From assembly GCA_030390025.1 (NCBI GenBank), contig CM059438.1, forward strand, positions 66,652,001 through 66,716,000: a DNA stretch of 64,000 nucleotides, in the 5' to 3' direction. The notes below the pieces were generated by a model that worked only from the letters and a program-made list of their open reading frames with translations, did no database searches and had not been told where the DNA came from. Each line of letters starts with the position of its first letter. Within the stretch, counting starts at the first letter, position 1. Below are positions 1 to 10,937 of this stretch, one piece after another. Position numbers and translations under genes: made by a program. Origin of the DNA: Squalus acanthias. Its lineage: Eukaryota.

Positions 1-199
1 AAGGCATTATATCATTTGATATAATGCAACAGAATGACTGCCTCTGGCTCGTGCGCGATCCAGGACCAAGCTGAGCAACGGATTTGTGACAGAAAGGAAA
101 ACGGGTGCAGGGAGATAATGGCCCAGCCTATACTGACCTGTCACTGACTACCATGGAAGGGGAGTCATCTTTGGAGCAGCCAAGTCTCTTTGTCAAAGC

Positions 200-296
200 C
201 AGTGACTACACTTCAAATGTACTTCATTGTAAAGTGCTTTGGGATGTCCTGAAGTCATGAAAGGCACTAAATAAATGCAAGTCTTTCTTTCTTTTT
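200..296 (+). mobile_element. 3' tail fragment of Deu-domain SINE (SacSINE1-like)
   Basis: CAGTGACTACACTTCAAA...AAAGTGCTTTGGGATGTCCTGA...ATAAATGCAAGTCTTTCTTT matches the 3' end of the full copies at 4687-5158 and 17645-18105. Confidence 0.8.
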
Positions 297-881
297 CACT
301 CTCTCTCACAGGAAGATCTGCATTAAGCAGTTGGGGATGAGTAAGCCTGGTACACAGCCCTGTGCTGGACATTTCGAACATTGCACTCCATGCTGAAGAC
401 AGATGGCCATTATATAGCTGATAAGTAAACTCTGAAATGCGGGATCACTGTTGCTGTAAGTCATTACTCCAAGTCCTGATATGGGAGCCACAGCCCTATA
501 CAGCCATGATTTGGTACCTACCATGACTGGGTTGCAGATAGGCAAGCAGCCGCAGCAGAAGGTCTGCACCTCCACCATTTGATGACAAATGTGTGCCCAT
601 GCTCTGGTCAGGAGAGTGGTGGCAATGCACTCACTTATTTTATGATAAGCTGTGCTGTTCACCCTGCTGTTTGTGAGTAGTTCCTGGCACTTGTCTGCAT
701 AACAAGGGCTCAAACCGACACCTATCTAATGATCAATTAGTGACCCTCTTACTCTGGGGAAGGAATGGGGGATCTCACTGGTGTCTACATAGCTCTAAGG
801 TAAAACCACTACCAATAGAAGTTCAAAATCAAGTTAACCTTCTTTGGCAAACTCAGTAAGGTCAGTTACTGATCTCTCGAC

Positions 882-1823
882 ACTGTTCCAATGAAGCTCA
901 ATTGAAGCTCCAGGAACAGCACCTCATCTTTCGATGAGGTAAATTACAACCTTCCAGATTCAACATTGATTTCAATAACTTCAGATCATAACTACTGTTG
1001 CTATTTTTTCGGACCACCAAACACACCTTCCCCTCCCCTTTCAGAATTCCAAAGGGACCATTCCCTCCGCGACACCCTGGTCCACTCTTCCATCGCCCCA
1101 ATACCCGCTCCCCTTCCCACGGCACCTTCCCGTGCAAGCGAAGGAGATGCAACACCTGCCCTTTCACCTCCTCCCTTCCCACCGTCCAGGACCCCAAACA
1201 CTCCTTCCAGTTGAAACAACAATTTACTTGCACTTCTTTCAATTTAGCGTATTGTATTCGCTGCTCACGATGCGGTCTCCTCTACATTGGAGAGACCAAA
1301 CGCAGATTGGGTGATCACTTTGCGGAACACCTCCATTTAGTCTGCAAACATGACTCAGTGCTTCCGGTCGCTTGCAATTTTAATTCTCTGCCCCACTCCC
1401 ACTCTGACATCTCTGTCTTTGGCCCCCTATAATGTTCCAATGAAGCTCAACGTAAGCTCGAGGAACAACACCTCATCTTTCGATGAGGCACTTTACAACC
1501 TTCCGGACTCAAGAATGATTTCAATAATTTGAGATTATAACCGCTGTTCCTATTTTTTCGAGCAGCAGCTGTTGGTAATGATTCCGCTGTTGCCATTTAC
1601 GACTGCTCTACACCCATCTTTTGTTTCTTTACTTGTCCCATTACCACCCCCTTTTGATTGCACCATCATCCCTTTTGTCATTTAATCTCTCCTGCCTTCC
1701 ACCCTCTCACAGACTTTTCCTTTTGTTCTTTCCTCCCTTCCCCCCTTTCCCTGCCTCTGTACTTGCTTAAAAAAACTGTTACATCTCTAACTTCTTCCAA
1801 TTCTGACAAAAAGTCATCGACTT
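882..1823 (+). mobile_element. Penelope-like retroelement 3' fragment with GIY-YIG endonuclease remnant and partial tandem (pseudo-LTR-like) repeat
   Basis: ORF 998-1432 contains CKRRRCNTC...YCIRCSRCGLLYIGETKRRLGDHFAEHL (GIY-YIG plus Cys motif). The ~130 bp at 884-1011 is repeated at 1433-1560. It ends in a truncated hammerhead-like core at 1803-1823. Confidence 0.88.
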
Positions 1824-1867
1824 ACCCTGGGGCATCTCTTACATTACTGAAATAAAAACAGAAAATG

Positions 1868-2169
1868 CTAGAGGCCATCAATATAAGATAGTCAACAAGA
1901 AATCAAATAGGGAATTCAGAAGAAACTTCTTTACCCAGAAGGTGGTGAGAATGTGGAACTCGCTACCACAGGGAGTGGTTGAGGCAAATAGTATAGATGC
2001 ATTTAAGGGGAGGCTAGACAAGCATATGAGGGAGAAGGGAATAGAGGGTTATGCTGATGGAGTTAGATGAGGAAAGATGGGAGGAGGCTCGAGTGGACCA
2101 TAAAACGCCGGCATGGACTGGTTGGGCCGAATGGCCTGTTTCTGTGCCGTATATCCTCTGTAATCCTAT
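1868..2169 (+). mobile_element. CR1 LINE 3' end fragment
   Basis: Encodes FRRNFFTQKVVRMWNSLP (CR1 ORF2 C-terminus). The 3' UTR has GGGCCGAATGGCCTGTTTCTGTG and a short tail. Confidence 0.85.
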
Positions 2170-4686
2170 CACAGCTGACAAGAAAAAATAGACTGAGAGA
2201 AGGAATGAATTTCCACAATTTACAGCAGAATCATGAATTGTTTCCGTGCCTATCGTGTTAATCCACACTAAAGAAAAATTGGCGAACAGAGGTTGCAAAA
2301 CAAAGTCCTTCAGCCTCTTCAATTCTCATTTCCTCACTTTGTCTGTCTGCTGTTTTATTGGACACGCTGGATCTTCATTGGTTATCTGATTTATTTTCCA
2401 ATTAAGTGGATGGAAAGACTTCTGTAAAATTCTAATATGTGTGCATGTAAAAAAAAATGTACTCATTTGTTTGTCAAGGTTGAATCGTGCCCCTTTATAA
2501 TGACATTATGACACCACATGATGGCAGCTCCTCGGTAATGAATTGCATGCTGGGCCTGTTAGCGCTTTGAAAATCAAGTGTCCTTTGCAGCTTTTAAAAA
2601 AAAAAAATCTAATTACAGTTGGAAAAATTATTTTATTAGAGATTTTAAGTGCCGAATATTGTGCCGCGTTTGGTCATTTTATTTGGTAAGCACAAACTTT
2701 AAGTTCATATGCAGCGTTATTAAAGGAATGAATTGCAGTTTTCTGTTGGTTTTGGTCTAAGATTTAAAGGTCTCGCAGTAAGGTAATGATGGTTAATAAA
2801 ATTGCAGCACTGAACCAAGAAGAGTTCTGCTGCAATTTGCGGCTGATTAAGTAACGGACAGGTGTCGGTCCCTGTTGATAAGTGATGCATGTTTTCTTTT
2901 TACTTGAGCAGTGCCGAAGATAGTTGATGCTGAGAGGTTTTCAATACTTTTATTTCTTCCTTCAGCAGATAAAGCAATTTACAAGCGGAGCAGAGTTAAC
3001 AGAGAGTACAATAAATGTAAGCATGCATTGGACTGACTTTTTGAAGCATAAAAGGTCGACATTTATTCTTTTAACAGGCTTGAATCTACCTCCTTGCCCT
3101 TGATTGGCTCCCTTTACCACCTGACCTCACATGGTACTCCGCTTCAGTAATTTTCCATCATCTAAAGCCCATGCTTATCCTGCATGTAGTCTTTCCCTGA
3201 TTTGTCTGTTCTCATCCTCTTATCTTGTTTATTTTCTGTGAGAAAATGCCAAAGACGCAGCTGAACCTCAATAACCCTTTTTGTTTTTCAAACTTTTACA
3301 GCCAGGCAGACTTTCAAGGTTCAGCCACAATGCCTTATTCAAGATATTACTGCTCAATTAAGCGCACACATTATCTTGCAGTATGATTTCTATTCTATAT
3401 GCTCAGTAAATTTTAAACTCCCATCTGCCTCTCCGCTTCTTCTTTTACCCCCCCCCCGTTCCAACAGCCCCCAATCAGTTTGTGGGTGGATCCAAGGTGT
3501 GGTGTTGTATGAAGCCACACGGACGTATGAAACGTTTGTTGGCCAGTGGGTGGGAGCTGAGTCTGGGGTGGCACAACATGAGTGTAAGAGAAGTACTTTT
3601 GCAGGCTTCCATTTTATAACGAGGCTTTCTATATAAACATTGTATCGTTAATAATTAGGAAGCTAAAGATTGAAACCTTGTCTAGTCAAGCCTGTCCTTG
3701 GAGCATTCAAAGTAAGGAGGCTTCCATTCATTCTTGTTATCGTATGTTTTTTAGGATGGTTTAAGCAAGGACTGGAAAGTCATGTATTGCGTGTTATCTC
3801 AGATGAGCTAATAGAACAGATGGTTGTTAGGCTAAGACTAAAACCACAAGGCTTTTCAGGGGAACAAGGATAGTTAGGAATAAGGGTGTCTTTTTCATGT
3901 ATTTAAGGAAAACATAAAGCTTCGATTGTTAGAACGTTCTCGGAGCAGAATTGGACAGGCTCAAGGCAAAGCAATCCAAGTCTGATCACCTTGGCACCTT
4001 GCAGATGTTAACCGGTTGTATTTCAAGGTCTTATTCACTGTGGCAACCTGTGTATTTTAACTTCTTTACTTCTTGTATTGCAGTTTCTTTTATAACTGTA
4101 AGAACCATATGTACTTTGGAACAAGGCTCCCTCTAGTCCCCGAGAATCTAATATAAACCACTTAAAATGCGGGTACTGTAGCATTCGCGAGGGTCGACTG
4201 TAATGGCGTTGCACCTCTCAATTGCCTCGCCACCTTGCTCTTTGCTCAGCCTGATTTTTAAAATAAATTGGTGCACCACTTTCTGATGAAACGCTGTGCC
4301 CTTGTTTGAGGAGCGTGAAGTATATTTTTGTAAATGGAAAAAGCTGCATCTTCCCTTGTACCTATTTGCAGACTGAGGAAGTGAAGCCCTTATTACCAGG
4401 GGAACTGATTTTCTATTCCCTGAGCTGCTATTTGTTTGTTCTCCTCCTCACCTAGAAGACCATAATTCATGTAAGTCTGAATTGCAGGACTTTGATTTTC
4501 TCTTTGTCCCTTGGGTTGGCTCCACATCAAAGAAAATGGGTCGGTGACTATAGTTGCCACGCTGACAGTTTTTCACCAGCCTGCCAAGATTTACACCAGT
4601 CTAGCTGTGTTCTCGAAATTGTAACCATTTGCTGGTCATTCATTTTAATGGCAATATGGCAAGTGCGTGCACTTCTTTTCTGTGGT

Positions 4687-5158
4687 GTCAGCTGTGGTTC
4701 AGTGGGTAGCATCTCTCGCCTCTGAGTCAGAAGGTTGTGGGTTCACAGTCCCACTCCAGAGACTTCAGCACAAACATCGAGGCTGACACTCCCAGTGCAG
4801 GACTGAGAGAGTGCTGCATTGTCGGAGGTGCCGTCTTTCAGATGAGACGCTAAATCGAGGCCCCGTCCGCTCTCTCAGGTGGACGTAAAAGGTCGCATGG
4901 CACTATTTCGAAGAAGAGCAGGGGAGTTATCCCCGGTGTCCTGGCGAATATTTATCCCTCAATCAACATCTAAAAAACAGATTATCTGGTCATGATCACA
5001 TTGCTGTTTGTGGGAGCTTGCTGTGCCCAAAATGGCTGCCGCGTTTCCTACATTACAGCAGCGACTACACTTCAAAAAGTACTTCATTAGCTGTAAAGCG
5101 CTTTGGGACGTCTGGTGGGCGTGAAAGGCGCTATATAAATGCAAGTCTTTCTTTTTTC
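4687..5158 (+). mobile_element. Full-length tRNA-derived Deu-domain SINE (SacSINE1/AmnSINE1-like)
   Basis: Pol III A-box-like TGGTTCAGTGG and B-box-like GGTTCACAGTCCC, core GGAGGTGCCGTCTTTCAGATGAGACG...GAAGAAGAGCAGGGGAG, tail ATAAATGCAAGTCTTTCTTT. Many homologous copies occur in the window. Confidence 0.88.
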
Positions 5159-5360
5159 TTCGGTAAGAGTGGCAACTGTAATGTGCATTTATGTCGCACT
5201 TTTAATTGCAGTAGTTGTCGCAAGACGTTTCTCAGGTAGCAGGGGTCGAAGAATCAGGAGAAAAGGCAAAAAAAGAAAGGTTTTGAAGCAGTTTTAAAGT
5301 TCGGAAAGGGTATAACAGTTTCATTTTGTAGTTTGCTGAAGGTTTGAAAGTTATGAAGTA

Positions 5361-5545
5361 AAAGACGAAAGAATTTGTCTTTGTATATCACATTTCACAT
5401 CCTCAAGAAGTCCCAAAGTCCCAAAGCACTACGGACAACTAAATACTTTTGAAGTACAGTCATTTTTGTTATGCAGGCAAAGGCGGCAGCCAATCTGCAC
5501 ACAGCAAGGTCCCACACACAGCGATGAGATAATTGACCCGTTAAC
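5361..5545 (-). mobile_element. Degenerate Deu-SINE 3' half
   Basis: Reverse-complement similarity to the SINE tail (TACTTTTGAAGTACAGTC...GCAGCCAATCTGCACACAGCAAGGTCCCAC). Confidence 0.7.
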
Positions 5546-5859
5546 CTACGTGGTAATGGTATTGCAGAGTTATTGAATATTGCTCATCTTTTGGTTATCT
5601 GTAGTGATTAGAATGCAATCAGTAATCTTACTTGAGCAACACAGACAACAACTCCTGATTGCTGAGGCTTGTATGAACACACATTCCTGACTGAAGGGAG
5701 AATATGGACCTCATCCAGAATGGTTTGGAAGTGCAACATGCATTAATAGTGTGAAAATAAGAAAAGTAGACATGTTCTTTTCAAAAAAGAGAAAAAAAAA
5801 TCAAAGTTAGTATGAAGATTAAAGAATGGAAATTGAAGCAAAGCATAAGGTAGGTAACT

Positions 5860-6225
5860 CTTCAGTGACCTAGCGGATAAAGGTTATGGCCAGAGCAGTA
5901 CAGGGCCTTAAAGTTAGACGGTCCCAGATTCCCTTCCTGATTCGTCAGCTGTTCTCAGCTGTAGTGCTTCACATGGCATCAACATTTATGGGTTAAGGAG
6001 GAAAAAAAATCAGACTGAGTTCCAGTTCCTGATCTCCGTCCATTGACTTCTGCTGGAAAATCTGAGTGTGTAGATGCTTGGGTGATGACTGGACTGGGGT
6101 CAGGTGTACTGCCCATCACAGTCGAATAGCACATTGACGCTGTCTGTCTGGATCGCACGTGAGGAATGGCCACTTGAGGGAGGCACTGGAGGCTGCCTGA
6201 GCGGCCTGTGGTAAGGTTGCCCCCA
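5860..6225 (+). mobile_element. Old SINE-like interspersed repeat (second family; related pieces at ~7480-7635, ~35430-35600, ~52025-52380)
   Basis: Shared blocks among these loci, e.g. CTGCTGGAA..TG..GTG..GATG, GAATAG...AC, GAATG.CCACTTG.G..AGG.AC, ACAATTG.CCTCAGC. Confidence 0.45.
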
Positions 6226-7671
6226 CAAAAGTCATCTTGTTCAGGAGAAGAGGGAGACAATTGGCGAAGGAAATTAGGTGGACGAAAGTGAAGCAAACAT
6301 TCAGCAGCAGCAATTAAAACTGGAGAAAATACCGTTAATTACAGCAATCAATCAGAGAGGAGAGGGCAGGATGAACAGGGAGTGAAGTGAGGAGCAAGTG
6401 GCTGATGGATTTGCCACATAACGCTCTCTGACTCTAAGCTAAACAAACAATTGATCATCAACTCTCCACGTGAAGAGCGATGAACATCTTCAGCAATTAA
6501 CGGTAACCTTGCCACTGACAAAAGGGAGAACAGAACTCAATGTCATGTTTCCCTCCACCCTCCCCATTCCATCTTAAACTAACGTTTATATACAGAATAC
6601 TCTTGCATTTAATAAAAGAAATAAGGAAATTACAGGGACGGTTTTGCTTCTCAAAATTGCTCTTATGTCCTTTCACACATTTTGAAGGGAAAATCTAAGT
6701 TATTTTCTCTTTGACCTTTTGATTTAAAGATCTTCATACTATTAAATTAAGTTGCGACCACACAAAACACAGCAGTAAAGAAGAAATAAAGATCATGATA
6801 ATAAAATTACCAGATTGAAAAGCGCCATTTCTATTGCAAGAGCAGTATGTCCATTTTATTAATATAGTTTCTTTCTTTTTGAGTTTAAGTGTCCTGTGTT
6901 TCTGGTACAATCGGTTACAGTAATCTTTGACAGCCACAGAATAAGACTTACTGCCTTGAGGGGAAATGATTGGACTAAGGGACGGACAGCCAAGAGCAGA
7001 ATGTGGAGGTCATGGGACCTGGATTTATTAAGAGGCAATGTTAGCTTCTTTTTAAAATATGTCGAAGGGTGAAGATCAGTCGAGTTCTGTTCTGTGTATT
7101 GCGTTGCAGCTGTGTAATTGTGTGTCTGGGCTGTCTCTCGGTGGGGTGACTGTTGTAATTAATTTACCTGCTGCTTCTCACTGCTGTTGTATTTCAGTCT
7201 CTTAGTGCGTTAGCAGCTGCCTCTTTAATATGCTTCACTGTGAGCTGTCTGTGTAGTTACCTTTTCAACCTGCATTTACTCATTTGTTCACTTTGAGACC
7301 CTGCTTAGCATAATCATCATTTTCTGCATTGTGCCCTGCAACAGCTTTAAGCAGTCAGTGCATGTGTGAAGTTCAGATTGTGCCACATCATGTTTTGTTT
7401 GCATATCAACGCAAATTATTAGAGGCAAAAATATTAGGATTTTGAGATATTTCCGAATAGGGACTGGTGATTGTATCTTTGGGTAGCAAGTTAAACTATG
7501 GTTTTAGATTGAGGTCAGGTTCAGCATTAGGCTCTTCTATGATGTCCTCTGCTGGTGACTTACCCCTGGTACTCAGTCAAGCCTTTTACAGCAGGAATGC
7601 CCACTTGGGTAAGTACCAGAGAGCTGGCAGTTTCTGTGCAACAGTAGCGTACCTAGAGTCAATACATTCAG

Positions 7672-8122
7672 CTCCGATGGACGGGTAACATTGTCCGCAT
7701 GCCCGATACGAGACTCCCAAAACAAGCGCTCTACTCGGAGCTCCGGCACGGCAAGAGAGCCCCAGGTGGGCAGAGGAAATGCTTCAAGGACACCCTCAAA
7801 GCCTCCTTGAAAAAGTGTAACATCTCCACCGACACCTGGGAAGCCCTGGCCCAAGACCGCACAAAGTGGAGGAGAAGCATCCGGGGAGGCGCCGAACACC
7901 TCGAGTCTCTTCGCCGGGAGCAAGCGGAAGCCAAGCGCAAGCAGCGCAAGGAGCGCACGTCAACCCAAGCACCCCACCCACCCGCCCCTTCAACTACCGT
8001 CTGCCCCACCTGTGACAGAGACTGTAGGTCCCACATTGGACGCATCAGTCACCTGCAAACTCATTTTTAATGTGGAAGCAAGTCATCCTCGGTTCCGAGG
8101 GACTGCCTAAGAAAGAAGAGAG
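7672..8122 (+). mobile_element. RTE-clade LINE, 5'-truncated 3' end
   Basis: ORF 7699-8070 MPDTRLPKQALYSELRHGKR...CPTCDRDCRSHIGRISHLQTH (RTE C-terminus with C2H2 finger) and an (AAG)n-like tail. The 8-bp TSD ACATTCAG lies at 7664-7671 and 8123-8130. Confidence 0.9.
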
Positions 8123-9833
8123 ACATTCAGGAGAGGAGGGGAGATCAGAAAACCAAAGCTAAGCTGTGCTATCCATTATATATTAATAATTTAATTTTCC
8201 AAATGTGACTGGCTATTGAATCAGGTGTTAGTAATAAACAATGTATAAAATGCTGAATCTATTGGATAGTCCGACTGTTCAGAATGGATGGGCATGTCAA
8301 AGGGCACAGTATCTTAGTGCGAGATTTCAGTGCTGTATTGCCAAGACACAGTGAACCAATAGTGGAGGTGTAGGAAATGGTGGAGGGGGGAATGGATATG
8401 TACTCTCAAGACTCAATGAGTTAATGGCAGGGGGTATGGTGGGGGCTGGGGGTGGGTGCGCACCATTTAAAATGGAATTAAATTCTGAACTGAAACGCTT
8501 GAAATAAATATTAGTTTAGGTGCGGCTGATGTCGTTGGAGCTATCTGTTCTAATCCCGTTTCCCTGCCATTGTCTGAGCAGGAACAATTCAAATAAAAGG
8601 ACCCTACACTACATAACAAAATGGTGGCCACCTTCCATCAACACAGGGCTAGGCCCGATTTGTTCATCATTGAATGTGATTTGTGAAGTTATATAACTGC
8701 TTAACTACAGAGGTAGAATTTTTTTTCCCCTGAATTTACAAACTAGCTACATGAAACAAATTATTGTAGCTATCTGCATTTCCTTTAAACCACCTGGGCT
8801 TGTGATTAATTAGGATCATACTGGCATTAATTGTAGTGGCCCTCATTCAGATGGATTACTGGAAGTGGAAGGTAATGGTGGACACTGCTGGCTCGGATGA
8901 TGAAAGCAAATTACTGCAGCTAATGTCAGTTTGCTTGCAGGTAATTGACTGATCATTTTTTTTTTGCAACCAACGTATGGTTTATTTGCAAAAGCGGCTG
9001 CAGCTAAGTGAACAGGAGCTTGTGCCTGAACCAAACACAGATGTCCAGAGTCTCAAATCACTTCCCAGTTACTGCCCTGGAGAGCTGCGGGCAACAGCGC
9101 ATTGCCTGTTTACTTCAACAGTGCAGAACTCCTGATCCCAACCGAACACGGAAGAATTCCATCTTGGACAGATTTTCTAGTTCGCATTAAATATGGCCAA
9201 CTGCCTGCCAAATTTCACGGCACATTTTACGCGTCTCTTGTGTCTTTTAAGTGTTGATTTATTTGTTTTGGTTGAGCTGCTGCTTTATTGAATGGGCTGC
9301 AAGACCAACATTTTCCAATGGGCTACTTTCATCTATTTTTAGGAAATCCCAGATGCGAGAAGTACACTTCTTTGCAAATTGGTGTTATTTTTCAGGCTGC
9401 CATTACGGCCCAGTGTGTTTTTTTTTCTTATTATAGCTCCCTCTCAATTAGGGTATCGCTCATTAAACTCGGCGCTGGGAAAATTGAGAGGATGCACAAA
9501 ATTAGTTCATGGAGTAGTTCTTCCCGTGTGTCAGACATAAATGACATTTCAATTACAATCGAAGATTGTGCCTGGCTCCACCATCGGCTCGGCAGGTTTA
9601 TAAAGTGTGCTGTGTTTTCTTCCAGCAGCCTCCGGAAGCTTGCACCACTTTGCCAGCTTTCGTGCTTCCCATTCGACTTAGCTATTCCCCTTCAGCTCAT
9701 TTCACACTGTAGCTCGTATATGCCTTATAGTTCTTCGATTTTTCTCATTATGCCTCCTTCTGGCTCCTGCACGTATCCCATCCGTGCTTATATTTCCTGA
9801 TTCCCCACCTTCGTACTTTACAGGTCGCTCTAT

Positions 9834-10681
9834 GGGCTGGATTTTCATTGACCCATGGAGTCGGGTTTGAGGCGTGTGGGGGGGGGGGTTAAAGTTGCAG
9901 ATTCGGGGGTCCCGACCCCATCCCGCCCCCAACACGCCTCCATGCCAGTTTCGCTGGAGGCGGGTACCCGACCTGTGTTGGGACCCGCCTCCTCGAGGCG
10001 GGAAGGGGATTAGTGACAATTAACTGCCTGTTAACAGGCAGTTAACAGGCAGTTTTTTGCCTAATCCCTATTTTGAAAGGTGAAATGTGGGCTTCTCGAC
10101 AGGTGCCAACCACGCCAAGTTAGCGAGGCGGACCGTGGGTCTGCAGGGGTTGGAGGGGTCGATATGTCTTGTGGGCAGGTGAGTGATGGGTGCATGTGTG
10201 CAGAGGTAAGTGTGTAAGGTAAGTGCAAAGTGTGGGAAAAAGTTTTACTTACCTTAACTTCCTCCTGCAGGTGTCAGCCCTTCAGTTCTCGGGAGTCAGA
10301 AATCTCACCGGCACAGAAAGCAGAAAGGCCGTGGTGCTGTCAAAAGTTTCAGCCTCTGTTTTCTGTGCTGGAATGATTTCTAACTCAGCCTGAGAGGAAG
10401 GACTCAAGTTAGAAGACAAATTGTCAGTGTTTGACAGCTTCACAGAGCTGTCAAATGCTGATATTTCATCTGTCAAAAGCTCTTGACAGATGAAATGTCA
10501 ATCTGTGACGTCACCTGTTGTCGGGTGGCCCTTGATTGGCCTGCTGAGCTCGCTGGGTGGGCTCAACAAGGTCAATCAAGGGAAAATACAATGGGTTGGC
10601 TACAAGTCGATGGAGGCGGGTCTACAACCCAAAAAGTGGGATTCCCGACTCCATCACGTCCCCAGTATCAAAATCCAGCCC
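9834..10681. mobile_element. Non-autonomous PIF/Harbinger-type element (MITE)
   Basis: Perfect 12-bp TIR GGGCTGGATTTT / AAAATCCAGCCC and 3-bp TSD TAT on both sides. Confidence 0.85.
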
Positions 10682-10724
10682 TATGTCTTTTCCTACGTGT
10701 GTGTGTGTGTGTGGCCGTTGTCTG

Positions 10725-10937
10725 TGTGTTTTCTTTCCCCTCCTTCCTTGTTTCTCTTGTTCTGTTCCTTTATAAATGCTGTTCATCTGCCGTATCTTCC
10801 AGTTCTGAGGAAGAGTTAATAGCTGGAACGTCAGTTGACTCATGTTTTCTCAACGGGTGCTGCCTGATCTGCTGAGTGTCTCCAGCATTTTCTGTTTTTG
10901 GTTCAGATTTCCAGCATTGGCAGTATTTTGCTTTTTG
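10725..10937 (+). mobile_element. Penelope-associated 3' UTR remnant
   Basis: Pyrimidine-rich stretch then TTCCAGTTCTGAGGAAGAG..., paralleling TTCCAATTCTGACAAAAAG at 1795-1813. It is followed by GCTGCCTGATCTGCTGAGTGTCTCCAGCATTTTCTGTTTTT. Confidence 0.6.

Noticed and set aside
4687..4760. tRNA gene
   Set aside because: The A and B boxes belong to a SINE head that continues into the Deu core; there is no complete cloverleaf.
7664..7690. RTE copy 1 truncates within ~15 nt of where CR1 interrupts RTE copy 2
   Set aside because: The mechanisms differ (5' truncation with its own TSD versus later insertion), so it is most likely coincidence.
9288..9800. 170-aa ORF in unique sequence; also 61263-61823 on -
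   Set aside because: No recognisable domain, no convincing splice structure, and composition typical of chance ORFs.
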